Positions 1 to 10,227 are shown, counted from the first letter of the stretch. The stretch: 58,877 bases of DNA from Chlamydiota bacterium (GCA_039179045.1 JBCDEZ010000002.1:1-58877); one strand, 5' to 3'. The notes: generated by a model from the letters alone, not told the origin. Numbers and translations: made by a program.

Positions 1-111
1 ATAGGAGAGCGAAGAGCTCTTGTAGAAACAGCATTCTCTAGGATGAAAGGACTCTATGGTCCCATGTTCTACTCAAGAAAACCAAGTGCTCAAAGAGTAG
101 AAGGTTACTGA
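1..111 (+). CDS. 3' fragment of a DDE transposase gene (DDE_Tnp_4/Harbinger-like, IS5 superfamily) entering from upstream of the window
   Basis: Frame 1 is open from base 1 and ends ...IGERRALVETAFSRMKGLYGPMFYSRKPSAQRVEGY* with a stop at 109-111. The E-R-x-x-V-E-x-A-F-x-R-x-K-G pattern is the typical C-terminal catalytic-E region of DDE_Tnp_4-type transposases. The last 14 codons are duplicated at 30104-30145. Confidence 0.4.
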   Translation: MGERRALVETAFSRMKGLYGPMFYSRKPSAQRVEGY

Positions 112-206
112 AAATCCCTGATGAATCAAATGATGAGAACCGAGAGCTAGAAAATCTTCAAGGATAGTCCTGGTTGGTCTGAAAATTTCATTTTTTCAAC
201 AAGGCC
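67..206 (+). repeat. Copy A of a ~140-bp dispersed repeat (putative right end of an IS, including the last codons of the transposase)
   Basis: Near-identical to 30101-30242 (a few substitutions and a 3-bp indel). A shared 16-mer gtgcggaatgtgggtt also occurs at 254-270 and 30673-30689. Confidence 0.7.
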
Positions 207-402
207 ATATTAGGGCTCCCGTTTGAAAAAATATACGCGTCAATAGGAAGAGGTGCGGAATGTGGGTTGCAAGTGATGGTGCGCTCTTTGTCTTGATCAC
301 ATTTTTTCTTGGTGCTACGCTCCTAGCGGCATTGATTTGGTCGTAGTTAGGAGGAAGTAACCTGCTGGCAGGAATCCTTTATTTGGGAATCTCCTACTAC
401 GA

Positions 403-1056
403 CTAGCCGCCTATAGGATCTTTTGGAGGGGTACCTGGTAGAGAGTTTTGAGGATCATCGAGGTGGATATCTCCGTGGGTATGCCCGTCTTTGCCTACTT
501 CTTGCAAGGGGCGAGGCTCCTTTTGGGGAGTGATCATTGTAGGAGGCTTTGAGCTTCTTTTTGCAGAGGGAGAGCCCGGTTGCGCGGGGTACCTGTTTTG
601 GCTAGGCGTTGTGAAGTAGTCGGGAATTTTCGAAGACTTTTCGGCTCGAACGGTAGATCCTGTCAGCTTATTCTCTAGAATATAGCCATAATTCGAGCCG
701 CCTTTATACTCGATGCCAATTTCAGCCGCAGAGATCCAGCTTTGCGTCAGAAGGCGGTCGCCGGGATGGATATGCCAAATCGATCCATCGGAGAGCTTGA
801 CAAATGCGCCGTTTCCAATTACTTCGGATACTTCGGGGGCCCTCTGGTTGTACTGTTTCACCCCAGGGCGTACATAGTGGTGCTTGTTGATCCAGTTCTG
901 TAGGGCCTGTCTCTCTTCAGGGGTGAGTTTGTGCAAACCACTTTCTTGTCGCTCTTGGGGAGACATGTGTGTATCGAGAGTCTGGTTCGGTTCGTAGCTT
1001 TTATAGGCAAAGGCCGTCAAGGTCGATGAGAACATGAGACAAAATCGAAAATACAT
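403..1056 (-). CDS. hypothetical secreted protein (N-terminal signal-like hydrophobic segment, Pro/Ser-rich C-terminus)
   Basis: 217-aa ORF with a hydrophobic N-terminus (MYFRFCLMFSSTLTAFA). No recognisable catalytic motifs. Overlaps the 3' end of the next gene by ~50 nt, so the true start may be an internal Met. Confidence 0.45.
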   Translation of the reverse strand: MYFRFCLMFSSTLTAFAYKSYEPNQTLDTHMSPQERQESGLHKLTPEERQALQNWINKHHYVRPGVKQYNQRAPEVSEVIGNGAFVKLSDGSIWHIHPGDRLLTQSWISAAEIGIEYKGGSNYGYILENKLTGSTVRAEKSSKIPDYFTTPSQNRYPAQPGSPSAKRSSKPPTMITPQKEPRPLQEVGKDGHTHGDIHLDDPQNSLPGTPPKDPIGG

Positions 1057-2596
1057 CGCCTTTTTCCTCCTCTGTAGGCTCGTTCGGAAGGGGGGGAGGA
1101 GAAAGCTCTCTTAAGGAGCGCTCCATCTCTTTTACGAGTTTGGGAACCGTATCACGTCGTTTTAAAGCAAATACGAGGGAATAAAACGCATCCCAACTCT
1201 TTTTGTAGTTATACCGGTTCCGGTGAATCATCGCAAGGTAGTAGTGAGCAGTTAAAGGATTGTAACCGATGCGCGCTAGTTCTTCTAAAGGCGCAATCGC
1301 CTCTTTTTCCCTACCCATTTGTAGGTAGGTGTGCGCGTATTGCAAAAGGCCTGCTTGGAAGTGAGGATGCGTGGCCAATATGTCCTTTAGACATTCTCTT
1401 TTAGCGAGTATCGCATCTCGCGTGTTGTCAACAGGAGCGAAAATCGCTTCAATGCCTTCGATCGAAGCTTTCCCATTCATGTAGTCTTCGGAGATCAAAT
1501 TGGGAGAAAGTTTTTGTTCTTTGCGCATGGAAACCGCCTCTTTTAGGCATCTTTTTGCCTCTTGAATATTCCCGAGAAAAAGGTGGTTGTAGCCGAGTAA
1601 ATCGAGAACCAGAGGACTTTGCGGAAGGTAGAGGCGCGCCTTTTCGTAGAGCGCAACTGCCTGGGTATGCTCTTTTTTTTGCCATTGAACCGAGGCTCGA
1701 TTCACGAAGATCAGCCCCACCACTTCGAGGAGATTTTTCGTCTCCAAGTGTTCTAATTCGAGCCCTTTGTAATGCGAGCAGGGCACGTCGATGCCGCGAG
1801 CGGTTGTTTCGATATTGATCGGATCTACCCCATTTTCTCGGTAGCGCAGGTAGATGTGTCCCGGTGGTGTGACTGCCTCTAAAGAAAGACCGATTCTTTG
1901 AGCGATGCAGAGATACAAAATGGATACACCAAGACAGACACCTCTTTTCGAGTCGATGACAGAGGGGAGAGCTGTGTACGTGTCGATATCTTTTTCCCAA
2001 GCAGAATTTGCGGGAAACCGGAATCCAATATCGTGGAATATCAGCTCATTGATCGCATAGATTTTCTCTTGAGGAGAAGGGTTCTTTGGTAGCTGGGCGC
2101 GCACTTGTAGAGCCATCCAGTCGATCAGAGCCTCGTAATTGCGGATGGCCTCTTTTGTGTAGCCCTCAGCTAGAAAAACGAGCCTTGCAAGATCGATCTT
2201 ATTTGGAGGAAAAGTACGCATTTTGGAAAGATCCCAAACGAGATACCCGGGAAGAGTGCGGTTCTCAAGAGAGGCTCCTAGCTCTTCCATGAAGTCCAAC
2301 TCTTCCGTGGAAAAAAGCTGTTGCGTCTCTTGGTCTTGGTGCAGCGCTTTCAAAAAAGTGCGGGAGGAAAGACTCTCAGAAAGCTCTCGCCTGCAAGCAG
2401 ATTCTGCCATGAGTCCCCAGGCTCTATTGAGCGCTTTTTCCCCTTCGTATGTGTGAGGATACAGCTCGTAGAAAGCGAGATTTTTGCTCGGATGCTTTGG
2501 ATCTAAACGGGCATACTTAGCTCGGATGCCCGGAGCTGTGTAGGACAAAAAAAGCAGGCTGATAAATAGGCAAAACCATCGGATCATTGCGCGCAC
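1001..2596 (-). CDS. TPR-repeat protein with a transglutaminase-like cysteine-protease core
   Basis: 531 aa with an N-terminal signal peptide. The segment GVCLGVS...PGHIYLRY...VDPINIE fits the Cys-His-Asp transglutaminase-like core. The C-terminal half has TPR-like helical repeats (YYLAMIH, AHTYLQMGREKEAI). Confidence 0.6.
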   Translation of the reverse strand: MRAMIRWFCLFISLLFLSYTAPGIRAKYARLDPKHPSKNLAFYELYPHTYEGEKALNRAWGLMAESACRRELSESLSSRTFLKALHQDQETQQLFSTEELDFMEELGASLENRTLPGYLVWDLSKMRTFPPNKIDLARLVFLAEGYTKEAIRNYEALIDWMALQVRAQLPKNPSPQEKIYAINELIFHDIGFRFPANSAWEKDIDTYTALPSVIDSKRGVCLGVSILYLCIAQRIGLSLEAVTPPGHIYLRYRENGVDPINIETTARGIDVPCSHYKGLELEHLETKNLLEVVGLIFVNRASVQWQKKEHTQAVALYEKARLYLPQSPLVLDLLGYNHLFLGNIQEAKRCLKEAVSMRKEQKLSPNLISEDYMNGKASIEGIEAIFAPVDNTRDAILAKRECLKDILATHPHFQAGLLQYAHTYLQMGREKEAIAPLEELARIGYNPLTAHYYLAMIHRNRYNYKKSWDAFYSLVFALKRRDTVPKLVKEMERSLRELSPPPLPNEPTEEEKGDVFSILSHVLIDLDGLCL

Positions 2597-4152
2597 CTTT
2601 CAAGCAAAGAAGAAAGAGGTCTATGTTCGCGGAATTGTTCTACAGTTGCAAGATAGCGCAGCGACCAGTTGCTTTGGAGCTCTACGCCACATACATTGAT
2701 TCTTTCCTCTTCGGCAGAGGGGAAGGAAAATTCGGGGAAAAGGGCCGCATATTCCATGAGTAAGTTGATATGAAAGATTGAAGAGCTCCTGTGCAAATCT
2801 TCTAAACAGGCATCTCTTAAAGAGGGAGTGAGATTCTTGTGGTAAGCGATCTTTCTTGAGTCGGCGTATAGTTTGGCTTCGGATGGAGAACTCTCCCACC
2901 AACCAGAAAATGTCGGTGTATCGTGGGTGGAAAGAGTACTAACACTGATTGGATCGAAATCTTCTCCACGAACGAATTGCCCATCTTCTTCCCAATACTT
3001 TACCCAGCGCGTGACTCTTGTTCCTGAGATCCCCAGATCCTCCAAGATCCCTCGTGCCTCTTTCGGTAAGATTCCGAGATCTTCTCCGATTGGGAGCATC
3101 GGACTTGCTTCGATGAGCGCTTGCATCCGTTCTTTTCCGTGGAAGGGCCACAGCTTCCTATTGCTCGAGAGGAACCGTCCTTTGATAGGGCTTTTTCCAA
3201 GGGGAATTGCCCATATGCGGAAAAAGCCGACGAGGTGATCGATTCGGTATAGGTGGAAAAAGTGGGAGGCGTAAGAGAGGCGGTTTTGCCACCAACGGTA
3301 ACCACTTTGCGCCACCTCATCCCATTTGAGAACGGGAAACCCCCAATTTTGCCCCTCGTAATTGAAAAGATCGGGGGGGCATCCTACCGTCTCTTGGAGG
3401 GAAAATAGAGATCTCTCTGCCCATACGTCCGCACTGTCAGGGCTAAGGAGAATAGGTAAATCTCCCAAGAGGTAGACCCCCTTTTTCTCCGCGTGCTCTT
3501 TCACCGCGCGCATTTGCTCATAGCAGAGCATCTGGAGGAGTGTGTAGAAGTGGATCTCTTTTTGGTGCTCTTTTTCTAAATGAGAGAGACGGTGGCGCTC
3601 TTTTTCCTCGCGAGGCCAGCACTGCCAGCTCAGCTGCCGGTTTTTTTCTTTCAACGCGCGAAAGAGCCCGTAGCTTACGACCCAAGGGTGTTCTTTAGCG
3701 AAGTCTAGGATTGCTTCTTTTTTTTCCTCATAGATATGAGAGAAATAAGCGCGCAAAAAGTTGAGCTTTTCACACACAACTTCGTGATAAGAAAACCTAG
3801 GGAGTAGCTCAAATGCGCGTAGTTTTTTTTGACTTTCTGCGTATCCTGGTACTCTATTTGCTTCTGCTAGAGCAGGTATGTGCAGGTATACAGGATGCAG
3901 TGCGAGGGAGCTTAGCGCGTTGTAAGGGCTTGGGCTTGTTCCCGTATCTCCAATGGGTAGGATTTGTACTATGGAAAATCCTACTTCTTCCATCCAGTCG
4001 ATCAGAGGTAGGAGATCGGGAAATTCCCCCACACCCTGACTCGTTTCGGTGCGCAGAGAAAAAAGGGGAGTGTTGATTCCATGACGAGGCGCTGTGCCGA
4101 TCCGAGCCCAGGCATCCCCTGCAGGAGAGCTCATAAGGAAGTCGTTTAGCAT
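2584..4152 (-). CDS. malQ: 4-alpha-glucanotransferase (amylomaltase, GH77)
   Basis: 522 aa carrying GH77 signature segments (YRIDHLVGFFRIWAIP, LPIGEDLGILP, GDLPI). Its position matches CT087 malQ downstream of the T3SS genes in Chlamydiaceae. Confidence 0.85.
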   Translation of the reverse strand: MLNDFLMSSPAGDAWARIGTAPRHGINTPLFSLRTETSQGVGEFPDLLPLIDWMEEVGFSIVQILPIGDTGTSPSPYNALSSLALHPVYLHIPALAEANRVPGYAESQKKLRAFELLPRFSYHEVVCEKLNFLRAYFSHIYEEKKEAILDFAKEHPWVVSYGLFRALKEKNRQLSWQCWPREEKERHRLSHLEKEHQKEIHFYTLLQMLCYEQMRAVKEHAEKKGVYLLGDLPILLSPDSADVWAERSLFSLQETVGCPPDLFNYEGQNWGFPVLKWDEVAQSGYRWWQNRLSYASHFFHLYRIDHLVGFFRIWAIPLGKSPIKGRFLSSNRKLWPFHGKERMQALIEASPMLPIGEDLGILPKEARGILEDLGISGTRVTRWVKYWEEDGQFVRGEDFDPISVSTLSTHDTPTFSGWWESSPSEAKLYADSRKIAYHKNLTPSLRDACLEDLHRSSSIFHINLLMEYAALFPEFSFPSAEEERINVCGVELQSNWSLRYLATVEQFREHRPLSSLLERCAQ

Positions 4153-4595
4153 TAGCGCACCATAAAGTTGTCGGTTTGCGCAGGCATGGTGATCTCCTCG
4201 GGATAGGTACCCCGTTCAATGGCTCTATGCCAAATCAGGGCTTTTTCCACAAAGATTTGGAACGCGTAGGAGATCGCTTCTGCTGGAAAGATATCGAGTC
4301 GAAGTGCATCGAAAAAGGCAAGCTCATTTGCACCAGTACTATATCCTAAGATACCCAAATGGGGATAGCTCCTACCATTTTCTCGTAGAGCAAGCTCCAA
4401 CATCTCCTCCCGATATCTCCCTGGAGAGAGAGAGCCCAAGCGCGCGCCAAAAAAAAGATGCGCCTCATCACGACTCATCTCGAGCTGCACGAGCAGGGTC
4501 TGCTCGACTAGAAGTGAGCAGCTCCCTTGGCTATCTTCTTTCAGTGGGAGGTTGAGGTGTTGTGCTAAGGCTTGTAAGAGTTCTGGAAAGTTCAT
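4152..4595 (-). CDS. scc1: type III secretion class-I chaperone (SycE/CesT-like, Scc1-like)
   Basis: 147-aa acidic protein immediately downstream of copN, in the CT088 position. The size and position fit the chaperone of the CopN gatekeeper. Confidence 0.5.
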   Translation of the reverse strand: MNFPELLQALAQHLNLPLKEDSQGSCSLLVEQTLLVQLEMSRDEAHLFFGARLGSLSPGRYREEMLELALRENGRSYPHLGILGYSTGANELAFFDALRLDIFPAEAISYAFQIFVEKALIWHRAIERGTYPEEITMPAQTDNFMVR

Positions 4596-5740
4596 AAATC
4601 CTCTTCTTCGTACTCCTCTTCGAGGTCTTCTAAAAGATCGATCCAGGTCTGTAGGATCGATTGCTTGTGCTTCTGATCGCTGTAAAGGCGTGGAGAGGTT
4701 TGCCTGAGAGCATCTCGCATTTGTGAAAAGATAATGATTTCTTCTGCAAGCTTTTGATAGATCTGCAATCTTTTGCCTGCATCGCGGAATTTTGAGGGAG
4801 AAGGGTACCGTTCTTTGATGAGCTGGAGGTACGCTTTTGCAAGAAGCTCAAAGCCGATATGCTGTGGATAGGGAGTCTCGTACACGGTAAATTGGTGGTG
4901 GATCTGGTTCATTCTCTCTTGAAAGAAGCGGTAAACCCCCAAAATCGCTTGCAAAAGTTTGGTGTCATCGACAAGCTTGAGCAATTCTGCAGGATCGATA
5001 GAGGGGCCCTTCGCGCGCAAATCTGCGCTTGAAGAGGCGAGGAGAAATTGAATGATTGTCTCCATTTTCACATATTCGTACTCGGAAAAAAGCTCATCGA
5101 AAAGGGCGCTCGGTGTGCGTATGTTGCCTGTAACATCTCGGTAAAGGTCGCGAAGGGCGCTCGGATCCCCCAGTCCTTCTTGAGAAAAAGCGCGTGACTC
5201 TGCATAGATATTTTGCCCTGCGATGATCTGTCGACCGAACTCTGCGCGAAAAAGAGTGATCGCCTCGTCCACTTTCTCGCGCAAAGCACCCTGTGTTGTA
5301 GCGCGTAAAAAACAGAGTGCCTCGTCAAGAAGAGAGTGGTCTTTGTAAAAGCTCGATACCTTCGATAGGATCTCCTCTGGTGTATCTACCTCAGATAAAA
5401 GAGCTCGTATCTGTAGGAGAGTTTTTGTTTTGATTTCAGGATTTTTCTTCTCGAATTGGTAGGCGATCTCTTCAGCGGAGCTCGCCTCTTCGAGGGGAAA
5501 AGCCTCTTCGTCGGCATCGAGGCCCTCTTTTTTCTGCGCCGCTTTTACCTTATGCGCTTGCGCTTTTTCCTCTTCGAGAGTCCGGAATTTGCGAGCTATT
5601 CCATCGAAATTGTCCCCTTTTGCCGCCCAGTCGGATAGGCTCTCTTTTGCCGCGACTTGCATCATGGTCGTTTGCTGGGCTATTCCCATTCTTTGAAAGT
5701 AGAGTCTAGCGGCCTCTGTCGGGGAGATCTCGTGGGTCAT
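4592..5740 (-). CDS. copN: type III secretion gatekeeper (SctW; CopN/YopN/LcrE family)
   Basis: 382-aa alpha-helical protein between cdsV and the chaperone gene, in the CT089 position. Its stop overlaps the chaperone start. Confidence 0.6.
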   Translation of the reverse strand: MTHEISPTEAARLYFQRMGIAQQTTMMQVAAKESLSDWAAKGDNFDGIARKFRTLEEEKAQAHKVKAAQKKEGLDADEEAFPLEEASSAEEIAYQFEKKNPEIKTKTLLQIRALLSEVDTPEEILSKVSSFYKDHSLLDEALCFLRATTQGALREKVDEAITLFRAEFGRQIIAGQNIYAESRAFSQEGLGDPSALRDLYRDVTGNIRTPSALFDELFSEYEYVKMETIIQFLLASSSADLRAKGPSIDPAELLKLVDDTKLLQAILGVYRFFQERMNQIHHQFTVYETPYPQHIGFELLAKAYLQLIKERYPSPSKFRDAGKRLQIYQKLAEEIIIFSQMRDALRQTSPRLYSDQKHKQSILQTWIDLLEDLEEEYEEEDL

Positions 5741-5785
5741 AAGAAGAGCTCCGTGCTATCTTTTTTGGGGGGAATGGAGCGGTTC

Positions 5786-7909
5786 TTAGGAGATTTGGAT
5801 GCGTCCCATCGGTTGAATCCGAATCTCGGGAACAATTTCTTGATACGAGACAACGGGTAAATCGGGGAACTCTCCTTCGATTAGCTTCTTTACAAATCTT
5901 CTTACATGAATCGCACTTAAAAGAACAGGGGGCTGCGCTCCTGGAGGAGTGGGGACGATCGTATTGCGCATTGCTTGCAAAATCATCTCACTCGAATCCC
6001 TATCGAGGGCGAGGTACGATCCTGCGGATGTTTGCTTGATGGCCCCATTGACCATATCTTCGATTTCTGGATCGAAGACGTAGACACTGAGGACACTTTG
6101 TCCTAGCGAATATTTGTAGGAGATGTAGCGCTTGAGCGAGGAGCGCACATATTCGGTGAGTGTTACCGTATCTTTTTCTGTTTGTGCCCAATCACTCAAT
6201 GACTCCAAAATCGTTCGTAGATCCTTGATGGAGACTTGCTCTTGGACAAGTCTTTTGAAAATATCGGTCATTTTCTGGAGAGGAACAAGGCGTGTGACTT
6301 CCTTGATGAGATCAGGGAAAGATTTTTCGACGAATTCCAAAATAGCGCGCACCTCTTGGATGCCAAGGAACTCTTGTGCGTATTGACGGTAGAATTTCGA
6401 GACATGCAAGATGAGTACTTCTAAGATAGTCCAGTACTTGATTCCTGCATTGTCGAGAACATGCGTGTGCTTCTCCTCGACCCAAAGGGTGGGCATCCCC
6501 AAGCTCGAAGCAGTCACTTTATAAGAGAGGTTGTAGCGTTTGAGAGTCTCTTCCGATTCGTTGGTAAGTACATGGCCTAAAACGACTTTTCCTCGCAAGA
6601 TCGGCACCTCGTTCAGCTGAATCGCGTACTCGTCGAGGTCGACATTTTCCGCATCAGTGCGCACATGGATACCGGGGAATTTCACTCCGAGTTCTTGATA
6701 AAGGGCGTGGCGCATCTTGGGGATCATCTGCTCGATGAAGGTCATCCCTTGCCGGTCTTTGCGGATCACTTTGGAAAGATCTAGTCCTGTTTCCAAAACT
6801 ACAGGAAGGGTGAGCGCATACTCCTCGCCTCCTGCTGTGATCATCGAATGCCCATCTGCTCCTTTTTGGAGGGAGCCACCCGTTCCAGATGCGGTAACAG
6901 GCCCTTTACCCATCATGGTCACAATGAATCCGAGACCTGCAAGCAAAAGAGAAAGAATAATGAATGGAAACGAGGGAAATCCAGGTACAAAAGCGAGCAG
7001 GAGAAGGAATCCTCCCGCGATGAGAAGAGCTTTGGGTTGGGTGAGGATCTGGTCGGCGATTTCTTTTCCCAGATTGGTGTCCTGTTTTTCGCTCGAAACA
7101 CGGGTGGTTACCATACCAGCAGAGATCGCAATGATGATTGAGGGGATCTGCGAGACAAGACCATCTCCAATGGAGAGGAGTGAAAAGACTCTAGCTGCTT
7201 GTCCCATGCTCATGCCCATCATGAGTACGCCGATGATCAACCCTCCGATTACGTTCACCACTGTGATCACAATCCCTGCGATGGCATCTCCTTTAACGAA
7301 TTTCATCGCCCCATCCATCGCTCCGTAAAGCTGACTCTCTTTTGTGAGCATGAGGCGCAGCTCGCGCGCTTGTTGCGTATCGATAACACCTGAGCGTAGA
7401 TCGGCATCGATGCTCATCTGCTTGCCTGGCATCGCATCCAAGGTGAAACGAGCTGCGACCTCAGCTACCCGCTCTGATCCTTTTGTCACCACAATGAATT
7501 GCACAATGGTGATGATCAAAAAGATTACAGCTCCTACGATATAGTTTCCTCCCACTACAAAGTTTCCAAAAGTGTGGATGATATCTCCTGCGTTCGCATG
7601 AAGGAGGATCTGCCTTGTAGAGCAGATGTTCACACCCAAACGATAAAGGGTAGTGATTAGAAGAAGCGAGGGGAAAATGGAGAGCTGTACTGCTTTTTGG
7701 ATATAGAGTGCAACAAAGATCAAAGAGATGGAAGCAGCTAGGTTGGCCGAGATCAATAGATCGATGATGTGGGGAGGAACAGGTAAAATCAGCATCAACA
7801 TGATGCAGATGATCAAAAAAGCTAAGATCAGATCACTCGAGCGGGTGATTACTCTTAGGATTCTATCCCCTCCTAAAAAGCGGAGAAGAGCAGAAAAAAA
7901 GGCGTTCAT
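5786..7909 (-). CDS. cdsV: type III secretion export apparatus protein SctV (FHIPEP/LcrD/FlhA family)
   Basis: Polytopic N-terminal half plus large cytoplasmic domain, with FHIPEP family hallmarks. The start is set at the internal Met (MNAFFSALL) whose ATG overlaps the cdsU stop (ATGA). Confidence 0.9.
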   Translation of the reverse strand: MNAFFSALLRFLGGDRILRVITRSSDLILAFLIICIMLMLILPVPPHIIDLLISANLAASISLIFVALYIQKAVQLSIFPSLLLITTLYRLGVNICSTRQILLHANAGDIIHTFGNFVVGGNYIVGAVIFLIITIVQFIVVTKGSERVAEVAARFTLDAMPGKQMSIDADLRSGVIDTQQARELRLMLTKESQLYGAMDGAMKFVKGDAIAGIVITVVNVIGGLIIGVLMMGMSMGQAARVFSLLSIGDGLVSQIPSIIIAISAGMVTTRVSSEKQDTNLGKEIADQILTQPKALLIAGGFLLLLAFVPGFPSFPFIILSLLLAGLGFIVTMMGKGPVTASGTGGSLQKGADGHSMITAGGEEYALTLPVVLETGLDLSKVIRKDRQGMTFIEQMIPKMRHALYQELGVKFPGIHVRTDAENVDLDEYAIQLNEVPILRGKVVLGHVLTNESEETLKRYNLSYKVTASSLGMPTLWVEEKHTHVLDNAGIKYWTILEVLILHVSKFYRQYAQEFLGIQEVRAILEFVEKSFPDLIKEVTRLVPLQKMTDIFKRLVQEQVSIKDLRTILESLSDWAQTEKDTVTLTEYVRSSLKRYISYKYSLGQSVLSVYVFDPEIEDMVNGAIKQTSAGSYLALDRDSSEMILQAMRNTIVPTPPGAQPPVLLSAIHVRRFVKKLIEGEFPDLPVVSYQEIVPEIRIQPMGRIQIS

Positions 7910-8979
7910 TGAAAGAGCTCCATGTTCACATCGGGTTTTTCTTCTAGGGAAGAGAGCCATTTCAAGATCTCCGCAATAGCCCCGTAGGTATTCTCAGGGA
8001 CGTAGTCGGAAATTTCTCCTTCGCAGTAGAGCTGCCTTGCAAGCTCGGGGTTGCGCATCACGGGTATCTTCTCTTCTGTGGCAATTTTCATGATGGCACG
8101 CGCTACGAACCCTCGGCCCATAACCAAGATCCTGGGTGCAGGATCCGTTTCTTCGTTATAGCCCAAAGCGACCGCAATGTGCTCTGGATTTGTTACAATG
8201 GCGCGCGCGCCTTTCGTAGCGCTAGGACCATCAGAATAGGCAATCTCCCTGGCTGTTTGCCTCCGCTTTCCCTTGATTTGGGGATCTCCTTCGGTATCTT
8301 TGAATTCTTGCTTCACCTCGAATTTTTCCATCATCATTTCTTTGGCGAAATTTTTCTTCTGGAAAGCGAGATCAAAAATAGCAATGAGGAGGAAAAAGAT
8401 GCCTACCCGGATAGTGATGGTGCGCAGAAACTCCTCCAAGATGATTGCAGCTCCGATCGCAGGCAGGTTGACCGAAGAGAGCGTCTCTGCGAGCATAGCG
8501 TACATGCTGATGTAGATGATGAGGGCAGCGCCTACGATCTTCGCGATGGATTTGAGTAGCTCTACGAGTACTTTCAACTTGAATTTTTGTTTGATTCCTT
8601 CGATGGGGTTGAGCTTTTTGAATTCAAATTTCATTGCCTGGAACGAAAATACAGGTCCGATAACGAGAAAATTGACCACTACACCGACCGAGGCCACGAG
8701 GACACAAATCGGGAGGGAAACGTGCAAGATCGTCTCCAATGCCTGATACAAAAATGAGGGAGCAAGACTCAAAATCTGCCGGTCGTTGCGTACCGCCCGG
8801 AACAAGTGGATCATATAAGAGCCCACATGTTCGTAAATGTACTGTGCGGAGAAAAGCGTGAGCATGAGGGAAGTGATGAAAGTCAAAGCGGAAGGGAAGT
8901 CCTGCGCTTTTGCTACCTGCCCTTTTTTCCGAGCATCTTTGAGTTTTTTTGGAGTCGCCTTTTCTGTCTTTTGTGCCAT
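7906..8979 (-). CDS. cdsU: type III secretion export switch protein SctU (YscU/FlhB family)
   Basis: 357 aa with four N-terminal TM segments and the C-terminal autocleavage region ...IVTNPEHIAVALGY. Upstream of cdsV, as in CT091. Confidence 0.9.
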   Translation of the reverse strand: MAQKTEKATPKKLKDARKKGQVAKAQDFPSALTFITSLMLTLFSAQYIYEHVGSYMIHLFRAVRNDRQILSLAPSFLYQALETILHVSLPICVLVASVGVVVNFLVIGPVFSFQAMKFEFKKLNPIEGIKQKFKLKVLVELLKSIAKIVGAALIIYISMYAMLAETLSSVNLPAIGAAIILEEFLRTITIRVGIFFLLIAIFDLAFQKKNFAKEMMMEKFEVKQEFKDTEGDPQIKGKRRQTAREIAYSDGPSATKGARAIVTNPEHIAVALGYNEETDPAPRILVMGRGFVARAIMKIATEEKIPVMRNPELARQLYCEGEISDYVPENTYGAIAEILKWLSSLEEKPDVNMELFQ

Positions 8980-9049
8980 GGTACCAGGTAGATGTCTATA
9001 TCAAGCGTAATGCAAGGAAAAACGTAGCGTCAAGGAAAATCCCAGAAGA

Positions 9050-10159
9050 TCAGTTGTGCAAAAAGACCGCGACATCGCCGTCTTGCACAAGGTAGTCCTT
9101 CCCCTCAATCCTGAGAGCCCCTTGTTCTTTTGCCTGAACGCGCGAGCCGAGAGCAATCAGTTTGTCGGCTCCGATAACTTCTGCTCGAATGAAGCCCTTT
9201 TCGATGTCCGAGTGAATGCTCCCTGCAGCCTTTTTTGCCGGAGTGCCTCTGGCAATGACCCAAGCTTTTGTCTCCATCTCACCTGTTGTGATGAAGGTAA
9301 TGAGGTCGAGCGTGTCAAAAGCTGCGCGCACTAGTGTTTGCAAAGCAGGTTTTTGTATACCCAGTTCTTCCAAAAATTCCTCTGGGTCTTCTAATTGCGA
9401 GAGCTCTTGCTCGATCTTTGCGGACAGGACAATCACCCGGTTGCCCTCTTTTTCTGCTTTCTCTCGCACTTTGCGCACATGCGGGTTGTCGCCTAGCGTG
9501 AGCTCACTGTCCAATACATTGGCTACGTAGATAACAGGCTTTTGTGTGATGAAAGGATACGAAGAGGTGCGCGATTTTTCCTCTTCAGAAAGAAGACAAG
9601 AGCGGAGGGGTAAGCTCTTTTCTAGGTGGGCGCGCATTTTCTCAATGACTCCGAACTCTTCTAGTGCTTTTTTATCGCTACGGGCCTTTTTCTGTAGGCG
9701 TGTTCCGATTGTTTCGATGATTTGTAGGTCGGATAAAATCAGCTCGAGGTCAATTGTCTCGATATCATCCAAAGGATGGACTACGCCCCCCACGTGCACG
9801 ATATCGGGATCGTCAAAACAGCGAACAACATGGACTAGGGCAGAGGTCTCTCGTATGTGGTGCAAGAATTGGTTGCCCAGACCCTCTCCTTTCGAGGCTC
9901 CTTTGACGAGACCTGCGATATCTGTGAAGGTAACAGAGGCGTAGACGATTCTACTACTTTTCGATAACGCAGCCAGCTTATCTAATCGCGAATCGTGCAG
10001 CTCCACCCTGCTCGAATTAGGATCAATTGTACAAAAGGGGTAGTTTTTTGCCTCTTTTGCCTGTTTGGCAATCGCATTGAAAAGAGTGGTTTTCCCTACA
10101 TTGGGGAGACCCACTATCCCCACAGAGAGGCCTGATTTTTCCGAATTCATATTGCCCAA
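9050..10159 (-). CDS. ychF: ribosome-binding ATPase YchF (Obg-family GTPase)
   Basis: 369 aa with a G1 motif (GIVGLPNVGKTTLFNA) and a C-terminal TGS domain. CT092 position. Confidence 0.9.
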   Translation of the reverse strand: MGNMNSEKSGLSVGIVGLPNVGKTTLFNAIAKQAKEAKNYPFCTIDPNSSRVELHDSRLDKLAALSKSSRIVYASVTFTDIAGLVKGASKGEGLGNQFLHHIRETSALVHVVRCFDDPDIVHVGGVVHPLDDIETIDLELILSDLQIIETIGTRLQKKARSDKKALEEFGVIEKMRAHLEKSLPLRSCLLSEEEKSRTSSYPFITQKPVIYVANVLDSELTLGDNPHVRKVREKAEKEGNRVIVLSAKIEQELSQLEDPEEFLEELGIQKPALQTLVRAAFDTLDLITFITTGEMETKAWVIARGTPAKKAAGSIHSDIEKGFIRAEVIGADKLIALGSRVQAKEQGALRIEGKDYLVQDGDVAVFLHN

Positions 10160-10227
10160 TATTCCTAACTATATCGAAGAGTTTATCCCGATTTCTCTAT
10201 AAAAGCAAATACTGCTCACTGCAACCT

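Noticed and set aside
1449-2000. 183-aa Arg-rich ORF on the minus strand inside the TPR/transglutaminase gene
   Set aside because: Alternative frame wholly embedded in a well-supported gene. The composition is that of an out-of-frame read of GC-rich coding DNA.
6717-7328. 203-aa + strand ORF antisense to cdsV
   Set aside because: Fully contained in the FHIPEP gene on the opposite strand. No start context or motifs.
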